A DNA stretch of 64,000 nt from Bacteroidales bacterium (GCA_024400635.1 JAKSMI010000004.1:22340-86339), one strand, 5' to 3'. Counted from the stretch's first letter, positions 1-9,225 are shown. Numbers and translations are program-made. Notes: generated from the letters alone by a model not told the origin.

Positions 1-2
1 TC

Positions 3-737
3 GGAGAAAGCGAGGAAAGTGCCAAAGAGTTGGTTCCTGAGCCCCCGAAGTGCGAACCTTGGAATCCAATTCATAAGGCATCTGTTGAAAAAGAAGTGGC
101 TGGCTTTTATATTACAGGTCATCCTCTGGATACTTATAAGCACATCATTGATAATTTTACTACAGCGAAATTGGAGGATTTCAAAGATCCTGAATTCTTT
201 GCCAAACATTCGGGAAGGGATGTCTCCTTTGCGGCTATGGTCGTCAAAGTGGATCATGCAACGACAAAAACGGGAAAACCTATGGGCGTTGTGACATTTG
301 AAGATTATAATTCTTCATGGGTATGGCGACTTTTTAGCGAGGACTTCACGAAATACGAGCATCTTTTCCAAGAAGGAAGTTTCGTTTTTGTCAAAATGAA
401 AATTGATGAGCGTTATATGGGGAAGGGTTATGACGGACCGAAATTTTATAATCAGAAGCCACTTTCATTATGCTATTTGGCAGACGCGTATGATCATCTG
501 TGCAATTCGGTGACACTGGAGATGAGTGTCAATGATGTCTCTATTTCTTCGGCATATTTGATTAAAGAAGCTATTGAAAAATCACAGGAACAGGCTAAAG
601 TTCCGTTCTTTGTCAAGATTTTCGATGGGAATGAAAAATATAGCACGGCCTTTGGCAATGTTTCGTTAAAAATTAATGCGGAAGCATTTATGGCAGCGTT
701 GCATTTGCCCTTTGATTATAAGATTAAGTTGAAATAG
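3..737 (+). CDS. dnaE: DNA polymerase III alpha subunit, C-terminal part (5' end upstream of window)
   Basis: Frame is open from the window edge. Contains VEKEVAGFYITGHPLD and an OB-fold-like tail typical of the DnaE C-terminus. Stop at 735-737. Confidence 0.8.
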   Translation, partial: GESEESAKELVPEPPKCEPWNPIHKASVEKEVAGFYITGHPLDTYKHIIDNFTTAKLEDFKDPEFFAKHSGRDVSFAAMVVKVDHATTKTGKPMGVVTFEDYNSSWVWRLFSEDFTKYEHLFQEGSFVFVKMKIDERYMGKGYDGPKFYNQKPLSLCYLADAYDHLCNSVTLEMSVNDVSISSAYLIKEAIEKSQEQAKVPFFVKIFDGNEKYSTAFGNVSLKINAEAFMAALHLPFDYKIKLK

Positions 738-738
738 T

Positions 739-1503
739 ATGACGGAGAAGGTGTCGATAATCGGTTCTGGCAACATTGCTCATTGGATGGCCTATGCTAT
801 CACATGCCAGGGAATGAAATTGCAGCAAGTCTTTAGCCGACAGATGGAGCATGCGGAGTCGCTTGCCCAAAAGTATAAAGCTTCTGCCATTGATGATTTG
901 TCGCAATTGGATTCCAGTGCCGATTTGTACATCTTTTCAATCAAGGATGACAGTTTGGAGGATGTCTTGAAGCTGTTGCCTTTCAAATTGTCTCTTGCAG
1001 TACATACTGCTGGCGCCTTATCTGTTTCATTGCTAAAAGATTATGCGGAAAACTATGGCATTGTCTATCCTTGTCAAAGCTTGAATAAAGGAATGGATTT
1101 TGAAGGCGTTGAGGTTCCCTTGTGTGTGGAAGGAAATAATGCTGAAACACTGGGAAAATTGATGGAATTTGCATCGAGAATCAGTCCGTTGGCCAAGGCC
1201 GTGAATGAACAACAGCGCTTTGTACTACACCGTGCTGCCATTTTCGGCTGTAATTTTACCAATGTGATGTATGGTATTGCTCACGATTTGATGGAAGAGG
1301 GTAGTGTGGACTGGCAATTGCTTATCCCTTTGTTGCAGAATACTTTGGATAAGGTTAAAACCAATAATCCGCACGACGTGCAGACGGGACCAGCCCACCG
1401 TCACGATGAAAATGTCGTGCGTTTTCACGAAAAAGCTCTCAAGGATGATAAGATAAAGGAAATCTACCGATTGTTAAGTGACTATATAGGGCAAGGTAGG
1501 TGA
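739..1503 (+). CDS. Rossmann-fold NAD(P)-binding protein, DUF2520-like
   Basis: N-terminal IIGSGNIA dinucleotide-binding motif and C-terminal QTGPAHRHD motif, as remembered for DUF2520 proteins. Starts 1 nt after the dnaE stop codon. Confidence 0.55.
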   Translation: MTEKVSIIGSGNIAHWMAYAITCQGMKLQQVFSRQMEHAESLAQKYKASAIDDLSQLDSSADLYIFSIKDDSLEDVLKLLPFKLSLAVHTAGALSVSLLKDYAENYGIVYPCQSLNKGMDFEGVEVPLCVEGNNAETLGKLMEFASRISPLAKAVNEQQRFVLHRAAIFGCNFTNVMYGIAHDLMEEGSVDWQLLIPLLQNTLDKVKTNNPHDVQTGPAHRHDENVVRFHEKALKDDKIKEIYRLLSDYIGQGR

Positions 1504-1539
1504 TGAATTTTTTTATTTATGCCCAAAAGATTTTTTTTG

Positions 1540-1547
1540 TAATTTTG
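1540..1547 (+). promoter_or_regulatory. Bacteroidota-type -7 promoter box (TAnnTTTG)
   Basis: TAATTTTG lies 24 nt upstream of the spt ATG. Confidence 0.45.
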
Positions 1548-1570
1548 CACTCTTAAAAAGTGTTAAAATA

Positions 1571-2755
1571 ATGAAGCCTTTACGAGAGAAACTGTCTAAA
1601 TATACATTGCCGCAACAATTCAAAGAGCAGGGCGTTTACCCTTATTTTACACCGATATCTTCCGAGCAAAATACAGAAGTCGTTGTGAATGGGAAAAAGG
1701 TGTTGATGTTTGGCTCTAATTCGTATTTGGGACTGACAAACCATCCCAAAATCAAGGAAGCGGCAAAGGCGGCCATCGACAAATATGGTTCAGGTTGCGC
1801 AGGTTCCCCGTTTTTGAATGGCACTTTGGACATTCATATTCAGTTACAGAATGAACTGGCTGAATTTATGGGGAAGGATGAAGTAATGTTGTTTTCGGCA
1901 GGTTTTCAGGCTAATTCTGGAGTTATTCCTTGTGTGACAGGTCGTAATGATTTGGTTCTGTTTGATGAACGCGACCATGCATCCATTATTGAAGGTAAGC
2001 AGTTGACTTTTGCCAATACATTCAAGTACAAACACAACAATATGGAGGATCTGGAACGTCTTCTGCGGAAATATCCGGTGGAATTGCCAAAATTGGTGGT
2101 CACCGATGGCGTTTTCTCAATGGAAGGAGATGTTGCCCCGATTCCGGAATTGGTGAGGATTTGCGACAAATACCAGGCGACCTTGATGGTTGACGAAGCT
2201 CACGGTTTGGGAGTCTTCGGCCGCGAGGGTAGGGGCGTTTGTGACCATTTCAACCTTTTGCCGAAAGCGGATCTTGTGATGGGAACGTTCTCTAAATCCT
2301 TGGCATCTGTAGGAGGTTTCATCGCTGCCGACAAGGAAACGGCAAACTATATGAAGCACAACGTGCGTCCATATATTTTTACGGCATCGATTTCGCCAGC
2401 ATCTACCGCTTCGGCTTTGGCGGCATTACATATCATGCGAGCCGAACCTGAAAGACAGCAGGCGTTGTGGGACATTACACATTATGCGATGCAGGCATTT
2501 CGCCAGTTGGGGTTTGAAATCGGCAATACGGAAACTCCTATTATTCCTTTATTTGTCCGCGATAATGAAAAGACTTTCGGTATCACTCACGAATTGTTGG
2601 AAAAAGGAGTGTTTGTAAGCCCTGTCGTTGCTCCAGCTGTGCCATCTGAAGATACGCTCATTCGTATGGCGATGATGGCAACGCATACCAAGGCTCAGGT
2701 GGATTACGCTGTCGATACGATATACAAGTGTTTCAAAGCCAACGAAGTGTTGTGA
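1571..2755 (+). CDS. spt: Serine palmitoyltransferase (alpha-oxoamine synthase family, PLP-dependent)
   Basis: 394 aa. The N-terminus (KLSKYTLPQQFKEQGVYPYF) and the GTFSKSLASVGGF PLP-lysine region closely resemble Bacteroidales Spt as I remember it. Assignment to the BioF/Kbl/Spt family is certain; the Spt subtype is inferred. Confidence 0.75.
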   Translation: MKPLREKLSKYTLPQQFKEQGVYPYFTPISSEQNTEVVVNGKKVLMFGSNSYLGLTNHPKIKEAAKAAIDKYGSGCAGSPFLNGTLDIHIQLQNELAEFMGKDEVMLFSAGFQANSGVIPCVTGRNDLVLFDERDHASIIEGKQLTFANTFKYKHNNMEDLERLLRKYPVELPKLVVTDGVFSMEGDVAPIPELVRICDKYQATLMVDEAHGLGVFGREGRGVCDHFNLLPKADLVMGTFSKSLASVGGFIAADKETANYMKHNVRPYIFTASISPASTASALAALHIMRAEPERQQALWDITHYAMQAFRQLGFEIGNTETPIIPLFVRDNEKTFGITHELLEKGVFVSPVVAPAVPSEDTLIRMAMMATHTKAQVDYAVDTIYKCFKANEVL

Positions 2756-2785
2756 TTTGAAAGTTCGCTTTTACTTGCTTTTCTA

Positions 2786-3244
2786 TTGCTGATTGTTTTC
2801 AGCAATTTTATTGCTTTTCAACGAGTCTATCAAAGAATTGCTTATCATTACAATTTTAAATACACACAATTATATTCTCATTCCACTCCAAGTTTTGAGG
2901 ACGACAATGTGTTTGAGGTGAAAATGCCACTAAAGCAAAACCAAGAATTATCTTACGAAACCAATGGCCCCAAAGACATAAATCTGCCCAAAAATCTGCC
3001 CAAAAATCTGCTTGTATAATCCGAATTAGATAATGCTATTTTGCAAATCCTTGCCGTAAATCCGAAAACGACTTATACGGAATTATCTATACAACTGAAT
3101 GTGGCAAAAGAAACCATTCGCGTTCATATTAAGAAACTACAAGAAAAAGGACTTATAACTCGGATGGGATCCAATAAAAATGGCTACCTGACTTTGACAA
3201 CCTTAATGCGATTTGTTTGTAATATTATAATATTCAACGTTTAA
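2786..3244 (+). pseudogene. 5'-truncated remnant of an AlbA_2/HATPase_c_4/wHTH gene with an in-frame stop
   Basis: YSHSTPSFEDDNVFEVKMPL matches YAHSTPIFEDDNMFEVKIPL of the intact paralog at 6854-8599. The same frame continues through TAA at 3017-3019 into a wHTH segment (SELDNAILQILAVNPKTTYTELS...RMGSNKNGY). The N-terminal roughly 380 aa of the family are missing. Confidence 0.7.
2981..3011 (+). repeat. 12-nt tandem repeat (aatctgcccaaa, about 2.6 units) in the linker of the remnant
   Basis: The direct tandem copies encode (NLPK)n. They sit at the same linker position as the (GEQV)n repeat of the intact paralog. Confidence 0.8.
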
Positions 3245-3407
3245 GAAAAAGTTTCGGGTAACTTGGATGACGCGTAGTCAAAGTCAGGGAAAAAAACTCA
3301 ATTTTTCAACACCTGTTCGCGATTTTTATCTACGTTTGTAGTGTTTTTGCACTTGCTAGTTGAATCTGCAGATTTGCAAATTATGATTGTACTAACAATA
3401 TTTTTTT

Positions 3408-3415
3408 TATTTTTG
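3408..3415 (+). promoter_or_regulatory. Bacteroidota-type -7 promoter box (TATTTTTG)
   Basis: Lies in a 440-bp non-coding stretch, about 90 nt upstream of the nested hairpin at 3505-3619. Confidence 0.35.
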
Positions 3416-3504
3416 CAAACATAAATAAGTATTAACGAAAAAGCAATACATGGTAGAGTAGAATAAACACATTACATATTACAAAAAGCGTTAAGCTTTA
3501 GTCT

Positions 3505-3619
3505 TGTCTTTCGAAACTTAGGAACTTTCAAATGCTATCAAGAGCTAAAGAATAACGTCCGCGTGCTGCGTGGACTTATTTTTATTTGATAGCAGGGTTT
3601 CCTAAGGCCTCGAAAGACA
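3505..3619 (+). other. 115-nt nested inverted repeat; candidate structured RNA or leader
   Basis: The outer helix pairs 3505-3514 with 3610-3619 (10 bp). A second helix pairs 3517-3526 with 3597-3606 (10 bp), and a third pairs 3534-3541 with 3587-3594 (8 bp). The innermost GC hairpin (3557-3563 with 3569-3575) is followed by ttatttttattt, which looks like an intrinsic terminator. Confidence 0.4.
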
Positions 3620-3684
3620 AATAAAATGAGTTCACGTTTTTTTTTGTTGTCTTTTATACCAGATAAGTTCATGTCTGAAGATAA

Positions 3685-3810
3685 AAAACTAAAAGATGTC
3701 CGCTCGTTAACATCATAGGTTTGAGAAATATCATTGCGAGATATATCTTGATAGGATTAATTGCCATCGGTCAATTCATTTTCTTCAAACATTTCATATT
3801 CAACAATTAG
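3685..3810 (+). pseudogene. 3' remnant of a gtrA-like gene
   Basis: The frame ending at TAG 3808-3810 reads ...NIIARYILIGLIAIGQFIFFKHFIFNN*. This parallels the C-terminus of the intact GtrA at 8827-9225 (...LFATALIVICQFLFVKYFTFKK*). It has no start codon or N-terminal helices and ends 3 nt before the GT2 gene. Confidence 0.4.
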
Positions 3811-3813
3811 CCA

Positions 3814-4539
3814 ATGCAAACGACAATCATTATTCCTTGCTACAATGAAGCTTCCAGAATGAAAAAAGAAGAATTCATTCGTTTTGCATCCGAACACCCT
3901 CAGATAGATTTTCTTTTTGTAAATGATGGAAGTACTGACAATACATTATTCGTTTTGCAACAGCTTTCTGAAAAGTATGAACATCTTCATTATTTGAATG
4001 TTCAGCCAAACGGAGGAAAAGCAGAAGCTGTTCGAAAAGGTATGATGTACGCCGCACAAAACCATTTTTCGGATTTTATTGGATTTTGGGATGCAGATCT
4101 TGCAACACCATTATTTGAAATCGAAAATTTTGTTCACAACATTCAACGAAAAGATTTCGATATCGTAACGGGACTACGCTTAATGCGACTTGGGGCAGAC
4201 GTGAAACGAAAATCATCTCGTCATTACCTCGGACGTTGCTTTGCCACCACTGCGGCTATAGCTCTTAAACTTCCCGTTTATGACACCCAATGTGGCGCCA
4301 AACTTTATAAAACATCCATAGTCCCAACTCTTTTTTCAGAACCATTTATCACCCGCTGGTTATTTGATGTAGAATTGTTAGCACGATACAAAAAAGCCTT
4401 TGGCATAGAACAAACAATTAATAAAATTTACGAATATCCTGTATTGGCATGGGAAGACGTAAATGGTTCGCAAGTGAAGACAAAAGACTTCTTCAAAGCA
4501 CCCTATGAACTATGGAAAATCATTAGAAAATATAAATAA
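3814..4539 (+). CDS. Family 2 glycosyltransferase (polyprenyl-phosphate hexosyltransferase-like)
   Basis: Carries the IIIPCYNE start and the VNDGSTD and WDADL (DxD-like) motifs of GT2/GT-A enzymes. 241 aa with no C-terminal TM segments. Confidence 0.75.
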   Translation: MQTTIIIPCYNEASRMKKEEFIRFASEHPQIDFLFVNDGSTDNTLFVLQQLSEKYEHLHYLNVQPNGGKAEAVRKGMMYAAQNHFSDFIGFWDADLATPLFEIENFVHNIQRKDFDIVTGLRLMRLGADVKRKSSRHYLGRCFATTAAIALKLPVYDTQCGAKLYKTSIVPTLFSEPFITRWLFDVELLARYKKAFGIEQTINKIYEYPVLAWEDVNGSQVKTKDFFKAPYELWKIIRKYK

Positions 4540-4554
4540 TTAAACCGAGAACCT

Positions 4555-6657
4555 ATGAAATCAGCATCAATTTATGAAAAACCTTTAGATAAACAATTTT
4601 ATTGGCATATTGCGTTTTACATATTGGCGAGTATTGTTTTGTTATCATTAATTATAACTTCAACAAAAATAGGAATCACAGGAGATGAATTTATTGACGG
4701 AGCTAATGGAAAGTATGCCTTGGAATATTATACCGAAGGAGATACTACTTTTGCAAATTATTCGCAAATACAAGAATTAAAAATACCTTTTCATCAAAAA
4801 TATTACGGTGTTGGTTATGAAATCATTCCTGCTGTCTTTTTAAAATATTTTCACTTGTCTCCAGCAAATGAATACCCATTTAGGCACTTATTATGTGCCT
4901 TATTCGGCTTTTTATTTTTTCTTTTCACAGCTTTAACAGCCCAAAAACTATCAGATTGGCGAGGGGGAACGATAGCATTGTTACTCATTACTTTAACCCC
5001 TGTGGTCTTTGGTCTATCATTCTTCGCGACCAAAGACATACCCTTTGCCGCCGGATTTGCCATCGCCAATTACGCCTTTATTTCCATTTTCCAACATTTA
5101 CCTAAATTTAGAATCATAGACATAATATTGGCAATTATTGGTATAGCTATGGCTGTCAGCATCCGCATAGGGGGAATGCTTCTTGCTCTATACCTTGTTG
5201 TGATATTTATATTCTATCTTATTTTTAACAAACCTACTCGCCAACTTGTTTTTTCAAATCAAAATCATCTCATATTAAAATCCTTAGGTATTGGCACAGG
5301 AATTGTATTCTTCGGATGCTTATTGGGGCTGTCATTTTATCCTAATTTCTTTTATGAAGGGCCATTTAATCATATTCACAATGCTTTAACCTTAGTATCA
5401 AAATTCCCACAACGAATTCCTATGCTCTGGGAAGGAAAACCCATTGATTCTTTAAATTTACCTGATAACTACCTACTTAAAAGCTTTTTATACACTATTC
5501 CATTATTCATTTTCGCCAGTCTCCTGCTATTTTTAGTCAACATTATGAGTGTTTGGAAAAAATACGATAAGGCTGCCATTATTTATTTATTATTCACCAT
5601 TTTACTCCCCATTATTATGATATTAAAATCCGATTCCAATATTTATAATGGGTGGAGGCACGAAACATTTATCTATTCTGGTGTCGTTATTATCGCATCA
5701 ATTGGCCTATTGGAAACGTGGAATTGGTTTGCTGAAAAGAAATGGGGGAAATGGTGGAATATTGCATTCCCTCTAATATTAGTTGGAGTATTATCCCCCA
5801 CATTTATATGGATGGTTCGCAATAACAAATATTGCTATTCATATTATAACAGTTTAGTTGCGAACCCATATCTTAAATATGATATTGATTATTTTGAAAC
5901 AGCACAAACTGTATGTTTAGATTGGCTACTAAAAAATGAACTATCCGACAATCACGACAAATGTCTTATTGGATGCAAGAATTATAATGCGGTTAAATAT
6001 TATAAAACCTTAGAATTATCCACAGATTCTGTCTTTCAAACAAGTTATAAAGGTTTTGCCGAATCCGATTGTGATTATTCTATTTTATCCATTCAATTTT
6101 TAACCAAGAAATACATCAAAAATTTCTTCCCGCCCAAAGGCACCATCCACGTTGAATATGTGGATGGAAATCCAATTTGTGCTGTTGTCAAGCGCAACAA
6201 GTTGGATTCGAAGGGTATTAAGTTAGTACGAGAAGGAAAATTTGCGGAAGGAATGCAGTTACTCGACTCGGCTTACCAATTTGATCCCAACAATTTCGGC
6301 ATCTGGTTTTGGATGGGATATGGCAATTACCAAATTGGCAAATATGAACAATCCATTACCTTTATGGATAAGGCATTGGCTTTCGACCCGAATGAAGATC
6401 AACTCAGAATTGGCAACGAATATAAAGGATTGTCTCTGCACGCGCTAAAACGCTATAAAGAAGCTATTCCAGCCTTACAAACAGCTGAAAGAATGTCCAA
6501 AGACGCCAATGAACAAAGTTTTATAAGAGCAAATATCGGATTGGCTTATTACAATGAAAAGGACTATGCCAACGCAATTCCTTACCTTCAAGCCTGCCTC
6601 AACCAATATCCCCAGTTAAATGGGGCATTGCAAGAATGCATTGCCTTGAAAAAATAA
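4555..6657 (+). CDS. GT-C fold (ArnT/PMT-like) membrane glycosyltransferase with C-terminal TPR repeats
   Basis: 700 aa. The first roughly 430 aa are multi-spanning and paralogous to 10168-11349. The C-terminal roughly 130 aa show TPR-like repeats (GKFAEGMQLLDSAYQFDPNN..., YKEAIPALQTA..., DYANAIPYLQACL). Confidence 0.65.
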   Translation: MKSASIYEKPLDKQFYWHIAFYILASIVLLSLIITSTKIGITGDEFIDGANGKYALEYYTEGDTTFANYSQIQELKIPFHQKYYGVGYEIIPAVFLKYFHLSPANEYPFRHLLCALFGFLFFLFTALTAQKLSDWRGGTIALLLITLTPVVFGLSFFATKDIPFAAGFAIANYAFISIFQHLPKFRIIDIILAIIGIAMAVSIRIGGMLLALYLVVIFIFYLIFNKPTRQLVFSNQNHLILKSLGIGTGIVFFGCLLGLSFYPNFFYEGPFNHIHNALTLVSKFPQRIPMLWEGKPIDSLNLPDNYLLKSFLYTIPLFIFASLLLFLVNIMSVWKKYDKAAIIYLLFTILLPIIMILKSDSNIYNGWRHETFIYSGVVIIASIGLLETWNWFAEKKWGKWWNIAFPLILVGVLSPTFIWMVRNNKYCYSYYNSLVANPYLKYDIDYFETAQTVCLDWLLKNELSDNHDKCLIGCKNYNAVKYYKTLELSTDSVFQTSYKGFAESDCDYSILSIQFLTKKYIKNFFPPKGTIHVEYVDGNPICAVVKRNKLDSKGIKLVREGKFAEGMQLLDSAYQFDPNNFGIWFWMGYGNYQIGKYEQSITFMDKALAFDPNEDQLRIGNEYKGLSLHALKRYKEAIPALQTAERMSKDANEQSFIRANIGLAYYNEKDYANAIPYLQACLNQYPQLNGALQECIALKK

Positions 6658-6717
6658 TATTCCAAAGCAATCTAAAAATACACGATTTTCCACATAACAG
6701 AATTTTTATTATCTTTG
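6580..6717. repeat. 138-bp direct repeat, copy 1 (last 26 codons of the GT-C/TPR gene plus 60 nt downstream)
   Basis: Matches 8633-8770 with 3 mismatches by eye. Includes TATCTTTG at 6710-6717. Confidence 0.9.
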
Positions 6718-6771
6718 ATCCAAAGAAAATTTTATTCTTTACCAACTATCCTAAAATTCAAAATTATTATG

Positions 6772-6779
6772 TAGTTTTG
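6772..6779 (+). promoter_or_regulatory. Bacteroidota-type -7 promoter box (TAGTTTTG)
   Basis: Lies 75 nt upstream of the ATG at 6854. Confidence 0.4.
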
Positions 6780-6853
6780 CAAGTTAGAATATATATCATA
6801 CTTTTGATATAAAATGAAAGTCGTCATTTAGTTGGCGAATACGGTAAAAGAAT

Positions 6854-8599
6854 ATGAATACGCAAGATATAATAAAACTCATAGAGCAAGGCGAAGGTGT
6901 TTCCGTGGAATTTAAAACTGCGAAACACAGTCTTCCTAACAATCTTTTTGAGACTGTTTGCGCATTCTTAAACCACAACGGCGGTCATATCTTGTTAGGC
7001 GTTAAGGATGATGGAACTATTGAAGGCATTCCTTCTGATAACGTTGCTGAAATGTGCAAGGAATTGTCAAACCTAAGCAATAATCCTAATAAAATCGACC
7101 CGCCTTTTTTACTTCAACCGCAAGAATTTGATATAAAAGGCAAAAATGTCATTTACATTTTTGTTCCTTCAAGTTCACAAGTGCATAAAACTTGTGGAAA
7201 AGTGTATGACAGAAGTAGCGATGGTGATTTCGTTCTGAAAAGCCATACGAAAATCTCAGAACTATATCTGAAAAAAAACAATTTCTACAGCGAAAACATC
7301 ATATATCCTTATCTTTACGAAGAACATTTCAAGCCAGGCCTACTTAATAAGGTGAGAAACTTGATACATAGTTTTCATCCAGGACATCCATGGCTGGATT
7401 TGTCAGATAGCGAATTTTACAAGGCTGCTGGTTTATACAGATATGATACTACAAACCACGTAGAAGGCTTTACCCTTGCCGCACTGCTGCTGTTTGGGAA
7501 GGATGAAATCATTCATAGTACATTGCCCTATTACCGAATAGAAGCCATTGTGCGGAAAGAAAATTTGGAGCGATACGATGACCGTATTACGGTAATGTGC
7601 AACTTGATTGACGCCCACGAACAATTGATGGAGTTTATCCGAAAACATTTGCCAGATACTTTCTACATGGAAAAGGATCAGCGCATCTCCATTAGGGAAA
7701 AGCTGTTTAGGGAAATCGTCGCAAACTTGTTGATACATAGAGAGTATTTGAATCCTTCCGTCTCAATGATCACCATCGAAAAGGACAAAGTTTTGGCAGT
7801 CAATGCAAATAAACCACTACATTACGAAAATTTTGAAACCTATAAATACCAATCCTTCCCTAAAAATCCGACTATTGCACTGTTTTTTGTTCAAATAGGA
7901 CGTGCTGAATTTTTGGGAACAGGCATTCGCAACATTGTCAAATACTCAAAAGCTTACGCCCATTCCACTCCAATCTTTGAGGACGACAATATGTTTGAAG
8001 TGAAGATACCGCTTGTTGATGGGGAACAAGTAGGGGAACAAGTAAGGGAACAAGTAAGGGAACAAGTAACGATAATAGAAACAGAATGTGTCATACGGTT
8101 GCTGTCTGTGATTTCTAAAGAACATTCAATCAGTGAACTGATGACTTTATTACAATTGTCTGGAAGACGGAATTTTATTGAAAAATACATTTCTCCAGCC
8201 CTCAAAGATGGCTTGATAGAAATGTCTCAGCCCGACAGTCCCAATAGTCCTACGCAAAAATATCGGCTTACTACCAGAGGGGAACAAGTAAAGGAACAAG
8301 TAGGGGAACAAGTAAGGGAACAAGTAGAGGAACAAGTAGGGGAGCAAGTAACGATAATAGAAACAGAATGTGTCATACGATTGTTGTCTGTGATTTCTAA
8401 AGAACATTCAACTAACGAACTGATGACTTTATTACAATTGTCTGGAAGACGGAATTTTATCGAAAAATACATTTCTCCAGCCCTCAAAGATGGGTTGATA
8501 GAAATGTCTCAGCCTGACAGTCCCAATAGTCCTACGCAAAAATATCGGCTTACGGCTAAGGGGAAACAAATTCAGCAAATAATACTCAACAATGAATAA
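6854..8599 (+). CDS. Schlafen/AlbA_2 domain + HATPase_c_4-like + duplicated wHTH protein (often annotated as RecG-like or putative transcriptional regulator)
   Basis: The N-terminus (GEGVSVEFKTAKHSLPNNLFETVCAFLNHNGGHILLGVKDDGTIEGI) is a typical AlbA_2 signature. REIVANLLIHREY marks the ATPase-like domain. The C-terminal wHTH module is present twice. Confidence 0.7.
   Translation: MNTQDIIKLIEQGEGVSVEFKTAKHSLPNNLFETVCAFLNHNGGHILLGVKDDGTIEGIPSDNVAEMCKELSNLSNNPNKIDPPFLLQPQEFDIKGKNVIYIFVPSSSQVHKTCGKVYDRSSDGDFVLKSHTKISELYLKKNNFYSENIIYPYLYEEHFKPGLLNKVRNLIHSFHPGHPWLDLSDSEFYKAAGLYRYDTTNHVEGFTLAALLLFGKDEIIHSTLPYYRIEAIVRKENLERYDDRITVMCNLIDAHEQLMEFIRKHLPDTFYMEKDQRISIREKLFREIVANLLIHREYLNPSVSMITIEKDKVLAVNANKPLHYENFETYKYQSFPKNPTIALFFVQIGRAEFLGTGIRNIVKYSKAYAHSTPIFEDDNMFEVKIPLVDGEQVGEQVREQVREQVTIIETECVIRLLSVISKEHSISELMTLLQLSGRRNFIEKYISPALKDGLIEMSQPDSPNSPTQKYRLTTRGEQVKEQVGEQVREQVEEQVGEQVTIIETECVIRLLSVISKEHSTNELMTLLQLSGRRNFIEKYISPALKDGLIEMSQPDSPNSPTQKYRLTAKGKQIQQIILNNE
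8021..8560 (+). repeat. In-frame tandem duplication (258 + 282 nt), each copy led by a 12-nt microsatellite
   Basis: Copy 1 (8021-8278) has 4 units of ggggaacaagta-like sequence and copy 2 (8279-8560) has 6 units. The remaining 204-nt module, (TIIETECVIRLL...PTQKYRLT), is nearly identical in both copies. A degenerate third unit start (GKQI) follows. Confidence 0.9.
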
Positions 8600-8632
8600 A
8601 CGGGAAGAGATTTTGAATTTGACATACAAATC

Positions 8633-8770
8633 CCTTACCTACAAGCTTGCCTCAACCAATATCCCCAGTTAAATGGGGCATTGCAAGAATGCATTGCCTT
8701 GAAAAAATAATATTCCAAAGCAATCTAAAAATACACGATTTTCCACATAGCAGAATTTTTATTATCTTTG
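8633..8770. repeat. 138-bp direct repeat, copy 2
   Basis: Matches 6580-6717. It retains an orphan copy of the GT-C/TPR gene's last 26 codons and its stop codon. Confidence 0.9.
8763..8770 (+). promoter_or_regulatory. Bacteroidota-type -7 promoter box (TATCTTTG) inside repeat copy 2
   Basis: Lies 57 nt upstream of the gtrA ATG. An identical box occurs in copy 1 at 6710-6717. Confidence 0.4.
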
Positions 8771-8826
8771 CAGTTTATATTTAGGTTAAAAAAACATAAA
8801 AGAACGAAGCAAAAAGCAGTCTCGCA

Positions 8827-9225
8827 ATGATAGAAAAATTCAAGTTACTACTCCAAAAATATCGCAATTTCATTCTGTATTGCTGTATTGGTGTGATTAA
8901 TACGGGAGTGGATTTCGGCGTGTTTGCATTGTTGGATTGGGCAGGGCTCTATTACATCATAGCTCACGTCATCAGCTATCATTGCGGCATTTTTTGCAGT
9001 TTTTTCCTTAACAGGTATTATAATTTTAAGGTTAAGGACAAACCCGTGCATCGTTTTTTGTCTTTTTACGCTTCCAGTTTAGTGGCCATGGCTCTTAGCG
9101 CCGGACTACTATATCTATTTGTCACGGCATTTGGCTTGCCACACCTACTTGGTAAATTATTTGCCACCGCACTTATTGTCATTTGCCAATTCCTCTTTGT
9201 TAAATACTTTACCTTTAAAAAATAA
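8827..9225 (+). CDS. gtrA: GtrA-family small membrane protein (polyprenyl-phosphate-sugar flippase-like)
   Basis: 132 aa with four predicted TM helices. Carries an N-terminal (F)ILYCCIGVINTGVDFGVF motif typical of GtrA. Confidence 0.7.
   Translation: MIEKFKLLLQKYRNFILYCCIGVINTGVDFGVFALLDWAGLYYIIAHVISYHCGIFCSFFLNRYYNFKVKDKPVHRFLSFYASSLVAMALSAGLLYLFVTAFGLPHLLGKLFATALIVICQFLFVKYFTFKK

Noticed and set aside
5292-5306. TGGCAC-N5-TTGT, a sigma-54 -24/-12-like string
   Set aside because: It lies in the middle of the GT-C/TPR coding sequence, has an imperfect -12 element and has no downstream gene start, so it is most likely chance.
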